Source: Flavobacteriales bacterium (GTDB taxonomy: Bacteria > Bacteroidota > Bacteroidia > Flavobacteriales_D > Crocinitomicaceae). Taken from it: DNA of 64,000 bases. Under the pieces are notes generated by a model. The model saw nothing but the letters and a program-made list of their open reading frames with translations. It was not told the DNA's origin and searched no databases. The position numbers and the translations under genes were made by a program. Positions 1 through 9,314 of the stretch are shown piece by piece (within the stretch, counting starts at the first letter, position 1; each line of letters starts with the position of its first letter). Where the stretch lies: NCBI GenBank assembly GCA_947460825.1, contig CANHHA010000005.1:26026-90025 (forward strand). Direction: 5' to 3'.

Positions 1-1
1 T

Positions 2-2698
2 TCCAAGAATATTACCTTTACGGAAGAAGGTCCAGATAATATTGGTGGACGAACACGTGCAATACAAGTGGATCGAACCAATATCAACCGTGTTTGGGCT
101 GGAGGCGTATCAGGCGGTCTGTTTGTATCTCTAAACAAAGGAAATACATGGAACCGCGTGGAAGAATATTTTAATGCGTTAGCCAATCCGTTCATTTCAT
201 CCATGACGCAAACGATTGATGGCGTGTTGTATGTTGCAACAGGGTCAAATCAAGAGCCTTGGGGTGGAAATGGGGTTTGGTATTCAACAGATTTCGGCGC
301 AACGTGGGACAATGTTCCAAACACGACCAACTGTACACAAATCGTAAGCTCCGATGCGGACAACTACGTATTTATGGCAACTACCGGAGGCTTGAAAAAG
401 TGGAAACTCGGAGATGCAACAATGACTTCAGTACCTGTAACCGCTGGCTCATGTACCGCTTTGGAAATGTCCAAAGACGGCCAGGTGATTATTTGTGCCT
501 TTGGTGCCAACACTACCTATGTTTCGACCGATGGTGGCGCGAATTTCTCTAACAAATCAGGAACTGCAGCAAACAATTTAGTGCCGTCAAATGCACCTCG
601 AATCGAGTTTGCGGTTTCAGCGATAAAAAATAGTACTAATCGTCATTCGCTTTATGCGGTAAGAACGAATTCCAACCTATTAAGTATGCACGTTTCGCAT
701 GATGATGGGGCAACATGGACACAATTCGTAGGCGCTTCAGGGCCTCCAAGTGAGTTCGATATTTTCCGTGACCAAGGTGGTTACAATTCTATCGTAACGG
801 TAGTTCCTAATGATCCGGAGCAAATTTTGATCGGTGGAATTGATATTTGGAGATGGAAGCAAACGGTTAATAATCCACCATCCGGCGGGTTCCAAAAAAT
901 CTCTTTATGGTCTGTTCCACAAAATGCGTCGATTTATGTGCATGCTGATAACCATGAAATGAAATGGGATAGCAATAACCGTTTTTATGCTGGAAATGAT
1001 GGGGGAGTAAGCATTACAACTGATTACGGTAACACATGGTTTGTCGCAAACAGGGGATACAACGTAACACAGTTTTACGGAATCGCATTTGACCGAGACG
1101 GTGCAGTAATGGGAGGAGCACAAGATAATGGTACTTTGTATAATAATCATACCTTATCTACGTACAAAGAATTCAGAGAAGTAGGTGGTGGTGATGGTTT
1201 TGAGTGCGAAATTTCTTATTTCAACCCTGCGGTCATGATTTCCACTATTTATTACAACACCATTTCTAGATCAGGCGATAAAGGAAATACATGGAGTACC
1301 TTTGCACCACTTTTACCTGGATCATATGATCCACCGGGAACAGATGGCAGCCCGAACCACCCGTTCCATACGGAAGTTTTCTTAGCGGAGTATTTCGATC
1401 CAAATTCAGAAGACTCAGTAACTTTTGTTTCTACCAAGAATTATGACTCGGGCGATTTGATTAGAATTCCAAGTTTATCCTCAGGAGATTCAATCAACTA
1501 CTTTGCTGCAACAGACTTGTATTTTGATGATACCTTGTTATACGATCCGGCTTTAACTGCCAATGGAATTAACTATGGTCAAAATTTGGCAACGGGTGAA
1601 TTGGTTGAAATGGGAAGTGATACTGTTGTATACAACGTAGCTTGGGATACCTTGAAAGTAGCTGACCCATTCCAATCTTGGTTTTTAGTGTATGTGAATG
1701 CGAATGGCGGAGAGTTATGGGGAACACGTAACGCATTGCGTTTAGCAGTAACAAATGCGCAATGGGTTTGCGTTGCTAGAGGCATTGGAAATACAGGGGG
1801 TTATTCTAACGTAGATGGATCTTTTGATATCGAATTCTCTAAAGATTTAGAGCATTGCTATCTGGTTGCCGGAAACGGGGTTTGGAGAATTAATGGCCTA
1901 GGTAGTGTGTATTCAAGCGATCCTAATTTCACATCGAAGGTAGCCTTCGTGGGAACGGGAGCGCAAGCAACTACTCCTTCCTATACTACAGCAACAAAAA
2001 TTTCAGCTACGAACTATGAAGGCATCGCTGTTAATCCATCTGATAAAAATGATATCGTGCTGTTTGCTGGATTTAGCGGAACCAATAGAAGGTCTTTAAA
2101 TGCCACTGCTGCTGCGCCAACGTTCACTGCACTCGGAAGTATTATTCCTGGATCTCAACCTGGATGCTATGATGGTATTATTGATCGCGATGATCCAAAT
2201 ATTATCGTGGTAGGTACTTCGGAAGGAGCTTTCGTTACTGAAAATGGTGGTGCTTCTTGGGAAAATGCTTCTGCTGGATTTGAAGGTACGCCGGTGTTTG
2301 AAGTACGTCAGAGTTGGAGAACCTTTCAAGAGGGAAATAACCGACCTGGAGAAATCTATATTGGAACATACGGGCGTGGTATATGGAAAACAGAGGCATA
2401 CCTCGGAATTGGTGAACATGGTTCAAATAGTAACCCATCAATGGAGGCTAAGTTGCTAACCTATCCGAATCCGTCGAATGCAAATACCACCCTTTCGTTC
2501 GAATTGAACAAAGGAGGGGCAGTAGAGGTTTCAGTTTATTCAATTACCGGACGATTGGTTAAGCAAATTAAAAAATCAAACATGCCTTCTGGTGAAAATG
2601 AGGTGTTTATCAATTCGGAGGATTTACCAAATGGTACGTACATCATCAAATTGGTTTCTGGAAAACAAAATCAGTCTGTGAAATTCATGAAATTGTAA
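2..2698 (+). CDS. Secreted BNR/Asp-box beta-propeller repeat protein with T9SS C-terminal sorting domain (5' end outside window)
   Basis: The frame is open from nt 2, with no stop before the track's GTG at 68, so the gene is truncated by the window edge. It has six Asp-box-like motifs (STDFGATW, STDGGANF, SHDDGATW, TTDYGNTW, SGDKGNTW, TENGGASW). The last ~80 aa (LTYPNPSNANTTLSFEL...IIKLVSG...KFMKL) resemble a Bacteroidota type A Por/T9SS sorting domain. Confidence 0.7.
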   Translation, partial: SKNITFTEEGPDNIGGRTRAIQVDRTNINRVWAGGVSGGLFVSLNKGNTWNRVEEYFNALANPFISSMTQTIDGVLYVATGSNQEPWGGNGVWYSTDFGATWDNVPNTTNCTQIVSSDADNYVFMATTGGLKKWKLGDATMTSVPVTAGSCTALEMSKDGQVIICAFGANTTYVSTDGGANFSNKSGTAANNLVPSNAPRIEFAVSAIKNSTNRHSLYAVRTNSNLLSMHVSHDDGATWTQFVGASGPPSEFDIFRDQGGYNSIVTVVPNDPEQILIGGIDIWRWKQTVNNPPSGGFQKISLWSVPQNASIYVHADNHEMKWDSNNRFYAGNDGGVSITTDYGNTWFVANRGYNVTQFYGIAFDRDGAVMGGAQDNGTLYNNHTLSTYKEFREVGGGDGFECEISYFNPAVMISTIYYNTISRSGDKGNTWSTFAPLLPGSYDPPGTDGSPNHPFHTEVFLAEYFDPNSEDSVTFVSTKNYDSGDLIRIPSLSSGDSINYFAATDLYFDDTLLYDPALTANGINYGQNLATGELVEMGSDTVVYNVAWDTLKVADPFQSWFLVYVNANGGELWGTRNALRLAVTNAQWVCVARGIGNTGGYSNVDGSFDIEFSKDLEHCYLVAGNGVWRINGLGSVYSSDPNFTSKVAFVGTGAQATTPSYTTATKISATNYEGIAVNPSDKNDIVLFAGFSGTNRRSLNATAAAPTFTALGSIIPGSQPGCYDGIIDRDDPNIIVVGTSEGAFVTENGGASWENASAGFEGTPVFEVRQSWRTFQEGNNRPGEIYIGTYGRGIWKTEAYLGIGEHGSNSNPSMEAKLLTYPNPSNANTTLSFELNKGGAVEVSVYSITGRLVKQIKKSNMPSGENEVFINSEDLPNGTYIIKLVSGKQNQSVKFMKL

Positions 2699-2717
2699 CA
2701 GTACAATAAAGGTTACG

Positions 2718-2743
2718 AAAGGCGGCTTAGTCCGCCTTTTTTT
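2718..2743. terminator. Hairpin terminator between convergent genes
   Basis: The stem is GGCGG/CCGCC with loop CTTAGT, flanked by AAA on the left and a T-run on the right (aaaggcggcttagtccgccttttttt). It lies directly after the stop of the + strand gene and overlaps the last codons of the - strand gene. Confidence 0.55.
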
Positions 2744-3470
2744 GTGTTTCATTCTTTTTGCCATTGCAACATTCTATCGAGGGCTTTCCATGCATGGGGG
2801 ATAATTCTACTTTTGGACTTAGGTAGGGAATCCCTAGATTTAAACCTCGAATAATTATCATTAGTGCTACTAATGAAAGTATCCATGGTTGGAATTTTCT
2901 AGTGTTTTCTGAAGATGAGAGTTTAAGACCAATTCCTTTTAATATTATAAAAACTGGAAGCGTACTAACACCAAATCCAATCATCGAGAGTATTGAATTA
3001 CTCAAGGTTTGGGTACTCAATGCATTTAATATTGCAAAATACACAAGTCCACAGGGTAATAGTCCATTAAGAAGACCCATATTAAAAATCAAAAGATAGG
3101 ATGGATTGATGCGCATTGATTGGAAGGATGAACTCATCCATTGATGAATTTTGATCATAATCCAGGCTTTAACTTTATTGGGGTTATTCAAGCCAATCCA
3201 TGCCATAATGAGCATGATTATTCCCAGGATAATACTGGTCCACTGAAAGGATTGAAATAGGAAGAGTTGCAGACCAAGAAATCCGCTGATTACACCTATA
3301 CTGATATAAAGCATTAATCTTCCGCTATGATAAGTAATAAACTCTTTTATTCCTGCTTTTTTTCCTTTATTCATGGAGGGTACAAGCAATTGTAATGGTC
3401 CACACATACCAACGCAGTGAATGGATCCAGCAATTCCAATTAATAATCCGCTAAACAGCGAGGAAATCAT
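2727..3470 (-). CDS. TauE/SafE-like (DsbD_2-type) polytopic membrane protein, last gene of the cbb3 cluster
   Basis: The 247 aa product is very hydrophobic and has an N-terminal HCVGMCGP motif. It overlaps the upstream FixH-like gene by 4 nt. This position after FixH is typical of Flavobacteriia cco clusters. Confidence 0.6.
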   Translation of the reverse strand: MISSLFSGLLIGIAGSIHCVGMCGPLQLLVPSMNKGKKAGIKEFITYHSGRLMLYISIGVISGFLGLQLFLFQSFQWTSIILGIIMLIMAWIGLNNPNKVKAWIMIKIHQWMSSSFQSMRINPSYLLIFNMGLLNGLLPCGLVYFAILNALSTQTLSNSILSMIGFGVSTLPVFIILKGIGLKLSSSENTRKFQPWILSLVALMIIIRGLNLGIPYLSPKVELSPMHGKPSIECCNGKKNETQKKAD

Positions 3471-3898
3471 TTAATTCGTAGTGGAATATCTTGTTGACAA
3501 CTATCTCTGCCTATGGAATACCGAGCATCAACTTGATAATTTCCATATTCAAAAAAAGATTTGGGTAACGAAGCATTTTTGTCGTTACCAAAATTAATTT
3601 CAAAAGTTTTGTCTAACGCTTTGTTGTTAGGTCTCTTGAAATACAAAGAAATTACGCTAGGAGTTGAGTTTTCGCTCCAACTAAATATTAAACTATCCTT
3701 AGTTTGACTAATCTTGAATGGATTTTTAAAATGCTCAGCATTTTGAATTGCTTTCAATTCATTTTGGTATCCCCGGTCGTGCGCATAATAATCATCAGAG
3801 ACTAAATCTGATCCTTCACGTTGCATCAATATCCCTAGGGTAACAATAAATGTGATAAACAATATCATGAATATGATGATGCCGTTTCTGAATTTCAT
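3467..3898 (-). CDS. FixH family protein (CcoH-like cbb3 assembly factor)
   Basis: The 143 aa product has a single N-terminal TM (IIIFMILFITFIVTLGILM) and a soluble beta-rich remainder. It sits immediately downstream of ccoG. Confidence 0.6.
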   Translation of the reverse strand: MKFRNGIIIFMILFITFIVTLGILMQREGSDLVSDDYYAHDRGYQNELKAIQNAEHFKNPFKISQTKDSLIFSWSENSTPSVISLYFKRPNNKALDKTFEINFGNDKNASLPKSFFEYGNYQVDARYSIGRDSCQQDIPLRIK

Positions 3899-3901
3899 AA
3901 T

Positions 3902-5293
3902 TTAAATAAATGGGCCAATAATTTTGGTCTGTTTTGTTTCTATTAATTTACTGTTTCCGAATACTTGTATTTTTACTTTTAATTCACCATTTGTGAATTC
4001 ATTATTCGCAACTTTTATTAAAATACGTTCCTCTAGATGTTGTCCTGATTTCAATGTAATGTTCTTATTTACCGTCTTTATAATTACTCCCGGTTCATCG
4101 CATTTCAGTGTAAGCGTGAAATTATAATGGGTTTTATTAAGAATACTCAAATCAAATATATTCGTGATAAGACCATCTGATGTTATGGTATAGGTTGAAC
4201 CTCGTTGACGCATGATTTCAGTTTCAAAATCCTTACGAGTCACCAATAGTGTAGAAAGAACAGCAAGCAATGCAATAAGCAGCAGCGTATATGCTTTAAC
4301 TCGAGGTGTCCATTGAAATCCTGTTTTCTGTTCGATGCTGTCAATGCATTTATACCCAATTAGATCTGTTGGTAAACCTACAGCTAACATCATCTCATCG
4401 CATGCATCTATGCATGCAGTGCAATTCGTGCATTCCATCTGTGTGCCGTTTCGGATATCAATACCCGTCGGGCATACTTGAACGCAGTGGTTACAATCAA
4501 TGCAGTCTCCTTTCCCGGCAGCTAATCGGTCTTCATTTTTATGTATTTTGTCACGAGATTCTCCACGTAAATGATCATATCCAACTACCATTGAATTTCG
4601 ATCTAATAATACCCCTTGGAGCCTTCCATACGGGCAAATAGTAGTACAAACTTGTTCTCTTAACCAAGCGAATACACCGTAAAAGACAATAGAAAAAAAT
4701 GAAATGGAAATAAATCCTCCCAAATGATGCTTTATGTTACTAGTTTGTATTGACCATAAATGTTCACTACCTATTATATAAGCGAGAAATGTGTTGGCAA
4801 TAAGAAAGGAAATGAGTAAAAATGCACTGTGTTTTGCCACACGTTTAGCTACTTTAATGGTGCTCCAGGGTGCATTTTTAAGACGGATTTGTTCTTTGTT
4901 ATCTCCGTCAATCCAATATTCAAGGCTACGGAACACCATTTCCATAAAAATGGTTTGTGGGCAGGCCCATCCACAAAATAATCTACCGAAAATAATAGTG
5001 AACACGATGATGAATACGATAAATAGAATGAAACTTAATGCCAACAGATACATATCCTGCGGCCAAAAGATGTTTCCGAATATTACAAACTTTTGATCAA
5101 TAATATTAAATAATAAAAGGGGTTCATTATTTAAACGGATATGAGGTGCTGCAAATAGAAAGGTTAATAGAAAGTAACTTACAATCTTACGTTTATTATA
5201 ATAACTTCCTTTTGGACGTTTGGGAAAAATCCATACCCGTTTTCCTTCTTCGTTAACGGTGGAAATGTGATCTCGAAAGTCTTCTTTTCCCAT
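3902..5293 (-). CDS. ccoG: Cytochrome c oxidase accessory protein CcoG (polyferredoxin-like)
   Basis: Two 4Fe-4S ferredoxin-type cysteine motifs are present (CIDCNHCVQVCPTGIDIRNG and CTNCTACIDAC). The protein has multiple TM segments, is 463 aa, and lies in cco cluster context. Confidence 0.85.
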   Translation of the reverse strand: MGKEDFRDHISTVNEEGKRVWIFPKRPKGSYYNKRKIVSYFLLTFLFAAPHIRLNNEPLLLFNIIDQKFVIFGNIFWPQDMYLLALSFILFIVFIIVFTIIFGRLFCGWACPQTIFMEMVFRSLEYWIDGDNKEQIRLKNAPWSTIKVAKRVAKHSAFLLISFLIANTFLAYIIGSEHLWSIQTSNIKHHLGGFISISFFSIVFYGVFAWLREQVCTTICPYGRLQGVLLDRNSMVVGYDHLRGESRDKIHKNEDRLAAGKGDCIDCNHCVQVCPTGIDIRNGTQMECTNCTACIDACDEMMLAVGLPTDLIGYKCIDSIEQKTGFQWTPRVKAYTLLLIALLAVLSTLLVTRKDFETEIMRQRGSTYTITSDGLITNIFDLSILNKTHYNFTLTLKCDEPGVIIKTVNKNITLKSGQHLEERILIKVANNEFTNGELKVKIQVFGNSKLIETKQTKIIGPFI

Positions 5294-5301
5294 GATATTG
5301 A

Positions 5302-6711
5302 TTATTCTATAATGGTTCCTTGTTCAGGTTTAGTCCCTTTGGTATATGGTAGATTAATTACGTACGATGCAACTTGTTGAATTTGAACCGGATTTAGTTT
5401 TGATGTATGTTCAGGCATTCCTGCTGGTCGTCCTTTTTTAATTGAGGCAAATACCTCTTTAATATCAAAACCATAAATCCATGATTTATCAGTTAAATTA
5501 GGTCCAACATCTCCTTCTCCTTTACTTTTATGGCAGGTTACACAGTGTGTGGTAAATAAATTTTTACCTTCTGATAAATCTTTGCTTTCAGTAAGTAAGG
5601 TGGCATTTGTTTCATCAACATTCATAGCCTGTGCAGATAGGTACGCTGTAACTTCTTTATCAGCCTGAACCATTTCTTTTTCATAAGCCTTTATTTGTAA
5701 ATCTGAATAACCTACAATATGGTACTTTACCATATAAATTATTGCAAATACTATCGTGGCATAGAAGCCCCAAACCCACCAAGGTGGAAGATTATTGTCT
5801 AACTCACGAATTCCGTCATATTCATGGTCCATCATGATTTCGTGTTCGCGTTCTATGGGAACAGCATCCGTCAGTAAAACACTCAATTTATTTAAAGCAG
5901 GTACTCCCTCCAATGCGATTGCGTCCTTTGATTTAGTCATAGCGGCCAATCGATTGAATATATTTCGTAGATAAAGAAATATTGCAATCAGTAGGATATC
6001 TATAAAAAGAAGCAAATAGAGATCTGAATTTTCAACCAACAACCATGGCGTTTTTTCAGTTGCTTCTCCGTAGGATATAAAATTTAAAGCTAAACTTTGA
6101 GAATTGTAGCCGATATACCCGAAACTTAAGATGAGGATTGTTACTGGCATTATGCCTTGTTTTGTTGCTCTGGATTTGAAATAATCTGATTTAACATAAG
6201 TGACGATGGAGTATCCCATTACTGATATTCCGATTGCGATAATCAAACCAATAAAAAGTAACCCATAAAACAAATTTAGATTTTCTGAGTAATTAGGTTT
6301 TCCCACCAAAGCAACACTGGTTGCGGTAGAATCTACAACCGATGCTGATTTTTTTGCCGTAGCGGGTTCATACGAATCAACATATGCAAGTATGGCATCA
6401 ACTTCCTCTTTTGTTACTGTTTGAGCAGGCATTTCTGTTGGGCTATATCCTTGAATTTCTTTTGCTCTGGTGCTTTTTCCCGTTTTAATTAAGGTTGCCG
6501 AATTTTCAACCCATTGATAAATTTGTTCACCCTCTCCGGCACTTTCCCATAAAGCCTTCGCTCCTTTTAGTTTAGGACCAGTGCTATTTTTGTCCTCCAT
6601 GTGACAACTATTGCATCGAGATTTAAACAATTGTTTCCCATCTTGAGCAAAAAAAGTACTCAAGCTAATCACTATGGCAAGTATTATTGAAACACCACGA
6701 TTCGTATTCAT
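5302..6711 (-). CDS. ccoP: cbb3-type cytochrome c oxidase subunit III (CcoP/FixP-like) with an N-terminal extra cytochrome c domain
   Basis: Two CxxCH heme-c motifs are present (CNSCH near the N-terminus, CVTCH near the C-terminus). A FixP_N-like segment is present (MMDHEYDGIRELDNNLPPWWVWGFYATIVF). I place the start at the internal Met (MNTNRGV...), which avoids overlap with the upstream CcoQ-like ORF. The track ORF starts at 6747. Confidence 0.8.
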   Translation of the reverse strand: MNTNRGVSIILAIVISLSTFFAQDGKQLFKSRCNSCHMEDKNSTGPKLKGAKALWESAGEGEQIYQWVENSATLIKTGKSTRAKEIQGYSPTEMPAQTVTKEEVDAILAYVDSYEPATAKKSASVVDSTATSVALVGKPNYSENLNLFYGLLFIGLIIAIGISVMGYSIVTYVKSDYFKSRATKQGIMPVTILILSFGYIGYNSQSLALNFISYGEATEKTPWLLVENSDLYLLLFIDILLIAIFLYLRNIFNRLAAMTKSKDAIALEGVPALNKLSVLLTDAVPIEREHEIMMDHEYDGIRELDNNLPPWWVWGFYATIVFAIIYMVKYHIVGYSDLQIKAYEKEMVQADKEVTAYLSAQAMNVDETNATLLTESKDLSEGKNLFTTHCVTCHKSKGEGDVGPNLTDKSWIYGFDIKEVFASIKKGRPAGMPEHTSKLNPVQIQQVASYVINLPYTKGTKPEQGTIIE

Positions 6712-6715
6712 AAGG

Positions 6716-6907
6716 TTAAATGTTTTGGTTATCCTTGGATTGATCAATAAATGGTAAATTACTCATTTCAGCCACTGAACTTTTCGACATCTTAATCACT
6801 CGAATTACCACGAGTAAAAAAAACAGGCTAAAGAGGACTAAAGAAATGATTGGGAAATACTCCACATTACCAATAGTTGTTAAATTATGTTTAATGAAGC
6901 GCAACAT
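6716..6907 (-). CDS. CcoQ/FixQ-like small membrane subunit
   Basis: The 63 aa product has a single TM (FPIISLVLFSLFFLLVVIRVI) and sits between ccoNO and ccoP, as in other cbb3 clusters. Confidence 0.5.
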   Translation of the reverse strand: MLRFIKHNLTTIGNVEYFPIISLVLFSLFFLLVVIRVIKMSKSSVAEMSNLPFIDQSKDNQNI

Positions 6908-6911
6908 GAGA

Positions 6912-9083
6912 TTATTTTTTAATGGTTTTAATGTCTGTTCCTAGGCGTTGCAAGTAGGCAATCAATGCTATTATTTTTTTATTTTCTAGTTCTTTAACTA
7001 TGGCTTCTTTACTAATTCCTTTGAGCGCTTCCTTGGGCGAAGTTTCAACAATATCCATAGCTATAAGCGTAGCTTGTTTTTTCAAATCGGCAATGGCTAC
7101 TTTATCATATCCTTTCTTGTAAGGCACACCTAATGTTTGCATCGCTCTGATTTTCTTCGGGATCATGTCATAATCTATTTTATATCGATCACTTTTTAGC
7201 CAAGCATAGGCGGGCATGATTGATCCAGGCGAAACCACTTTGGGACGAATCAAATGTTGGTAATGCCAAAGATTTCCACGAACACCACCTTCTCGTGCTA
7301 AGTCGGGTCCAGTACGTTTTGACCCCCATTGGAATGGGTGGTCATATACAAATTCCCCCGATTTAGAGTATTCTCCGTAGCGTACGGTTTCAAAACGAAG
7401 AGGGCGAATGAGTTGAGAGTGACAATTATAACAACCTTCTGAAATGTATACATCTCGGCCTTCAAGTTCCAATGGAGTATATGGTTTAACTTCTTTGATC
7501 GTTGCGATATTACTTTTAACAATCATAGTCGGTATTATTTCTATAATTCCGCCAATGGCAACTACTACTAAACTTAAAATCATAAATTGAACAGGTTTAC
7601 GCTCAATGGCTCGGTGCCAATATTCGCCTTCGTGAATTTTTGTCTCCTTAACAAGGGCAGGTGCTTCCGCTTCTTCATTGGCCAGAAAACTACCTGCTTT
7701 TGCTGTTTTAATTAAATTATAAAACATCATGATGGCTCCAATTAAATAAAGTAACCCTCCTATTGATCTTAAATAGTAAAAGTTTTTCATTTCAATGGAT
7801 GTTCGGATAAAGTCTGCATTAACTAATGTCCCGTCCGGATTAAATTTTTGCCACATTAATCCTTGCATAAATCCGGCAATGTACATGGGGATCGCGTATA
7901 AAATTATTCCAAGTGTAGCAATCCAAAAATGCTGATTTGCCATCCGTTTAGAATATAATTCCGTACGGTACATTTTAGGGAAAAGCCAATATAATACACC
8001 GAAGGTTAACATCCCATTCCAACCTAAGCCTCCAATGTGAACGTGTGCGATGATCCAATCTGTAAAATGTGAAATCACATTGATGTTCTTCAGCGATAGC
8101 ATTGGTCCTTCGAAGGTTGACATTCCATAGGCTGTTAATGCAACTACCATAAATTTCAACATCACATCATCACGCACTTTATCCCATACGCCTCGTAGTG
8201 TTAGTAGTCCATTTAGCATACCTCCCCAAGAAGGCGCAATTAACATTACCGAGAATACAACGCCTAAACTTTGAGCCCAATCTGGAAGGGTGGAATATAA
8301 TAAATGGTGAGGCCCAGCCCAGATATACATGAAAATCAGGGACCAAAAGTGAATAATTGACAATCGATATGAATAAACAGGTCGATTGGCAGCTTTAGGT
8401 ATGAAATAATACATTAATCCTAAATAGGGAGTGGTTAAAAAGAAAGCAACTGCGTTGTGACCATACCACCATTGAACCAATGCGTCTTGTACTCCAGCAT
8501 ACCACGAATAACTTTTAAGAAAGGAAATGGGTAGCTCAAAAGAATTAAATATGTGCAACATGGCAACTGTTACAAACGTTGCAATGTAAAACCAAATGGC
8601 AACGTACAAATGTTTTACCCGTCGATTAAGAATGGTGGCAAACATATTCCATCCCCAGACCACCCATATACCTGCAATTAAAATATCAATCCACCATTCT
8701 AGTTCAGCATATTCTTTTCCCGTGGTATAACCTAAGGGTAGGGTTACTACCGCGCAGATAATGATAAACTGCCACATCCAAAAATGAAAAGTGCTAAGTT
8801 TATCGCTCCACATTCGCGCTTTTAGTAGGCGCTGTAAAGAATAATACACTCCCATAAAAATTCCATTCCCTACAAAAGCAAAGATTACAGCATTCGTATG
8901 CAATGGACGAATCCTACCGAAACTTAAAAAATCTAACGCCAGGTAATCATTAAAGAATTCAGGAAATGCTAATTGTAATGCGGCAATTAATCCGACAAGC
9001 ATACCTGTAATTCCCCAGATAACTGTCGCATAAGCGAATCTTTTAACTATTGTATTGTCGTAACTAAATTTCTGGATTTCCAT
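6912..9083 (-). CDS. ccoNO: Fused cbb3-type cytochrome c oxidase subunits I+II (CcoN-CcoO)
   Basis: The N-terminal ~480 aa are a polytopic heme-copper oxidase-like region with many conserved His/Trp (HTNAV, HHLLY, AHVHIGGLGW). The C-terminal part carries the CcoO mono-heme motif CYNCH. The likely start is the ATG at 9083 (MEIQKF...); the track's 9113 start is a TTG. Confidence 0.9.
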   Translation of the reverse strand: MEIQKFSYDNTIVKRFAYATVIWGITGMLVGLIAALQLAFPEFFNDYLALDFLSFGRIRPLHTNAVIFAFVGNGIFMGVYYSLQRLLKARMWSDKLSTFHFWMWQFIIICAVVTLPLGYTTGKEYAELEWWIDILIAGIWVVWGWNMFATILNRRVKHLYVAIWFYIATFVTVAMLHIFNSFELPISFLKSYSWYAGVQDALVQWWYGHNAVAFFLTTPYLGLMYYFIPKAANRPVYSYRLSIIHFWSLIFMYIWAGPHHLLYSTLPDWAQSLGVVFSVMLIAPSWGGMLNGLLTLRGVWDKVRDDVMLKFMVVALTAYGMSTFEGPMLSLKNINVISHFTDWIIAHVHIGGLGWNGMLTFGVLYWLFPKMYRTELYSKRMANQHFWIATLGIILYAIPMYIAGFMQGLMWQKFNPDGTLVNADFIRTSIEMKNFYYLRSIGGLLYLIGAIMMFYNLIKTAKAGSFLANEEAEAPALVKETKIHEGEYWHRAIERKPVQFMILSLVVVAIGGIIEIIPTMIVKSNIATIKEVKPYTPLELEGRDVYISEGCYNCHSQLIRPLRFETVRYGEYSKSGEFVYDHPFQWGSKRTGPDLAREGGVRGNLWHYQHLIRPKVVSPGSIMPAYAWLKSDRYKIDYDMIPKKIRAMQTLGVPYKKGYDKVAIADLKKQATLIAMDIVETSPKEALKGISKEAIVKELENKKIIALIAYLQRLGTDIKTIKK

Positions 9084-9087
9084 GGTT

Positions 9088-9240
9088 TTATTTTTGTTTA
9101 TGTTCGTCTTCAAATAGCATTCTCACAGAAGGAGTATAATCATCATCAAATTGTCCGCTACGTGTTGCCCAAATAAACATGACTAAGAAGAATAATGCAA
9201 TGATCAAACTAACCACCAGCATAATGTATATTACTCCCAT
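9088..9240 (-). CDS. ccoS: cbb3 oxidase maturation protein CcoS/FixS (50 aa, below the ORF-track cutoff)
   Basis: Hand translation of the - strand gives MGVIYIMLVVSLIIALFFLVMFIWATRSGQFDDDYTPSVRMLFEDEHKQK*. The single TM followed by SGQFDD is the CcoS signature. It lies directly upstream of ccoNO. Confidence 0.8.
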   Translation of the reverse strand: MGVIYIMLVVSLIIALFFLVMFIWATRSGQFDDDYTPSVRMLFEDEHKQK

Positions 9241-9292
9241 GCGACAAAATTCTGAACTTTAGAATTTTAAAAGAATGACGATTGTCTTGTCA

Positions 9293-9314
9293 AAAACTGA
9301 TCTATGTCAGTTTT
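9293..9314 (-). terminator. Possible weak terminator/attenuator hairpin at the ccoI stop
   Basis: An inverted repeat AAAACTGA-N6-TCAGTTTT spans the ccoI stop codon. On the - strand the distal arm is U-rich. The stem is only 8 bp and half of it is A:U. Confidence 0.3.

Noticed and set aside
259-2459. Several 60-110 aa ORFs on both strands inside the first gene (e.g. 259-552, 905-1150, 2096-2419)
   Set aside because: All are nested in, or antisense to, the 876+ aa BNR/T9SS protein frame and have no independent support.
9084-9113. Track start of ccoNO at a TTG (MKTNINKNKT...) overlapping the ccoS 3' end
   Set aside because: An ATG at 9083 gives MEIQKFSYDN... and removes the overlap with the hand-identified ccoS ORF. 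The TTG extension is probably not translated.
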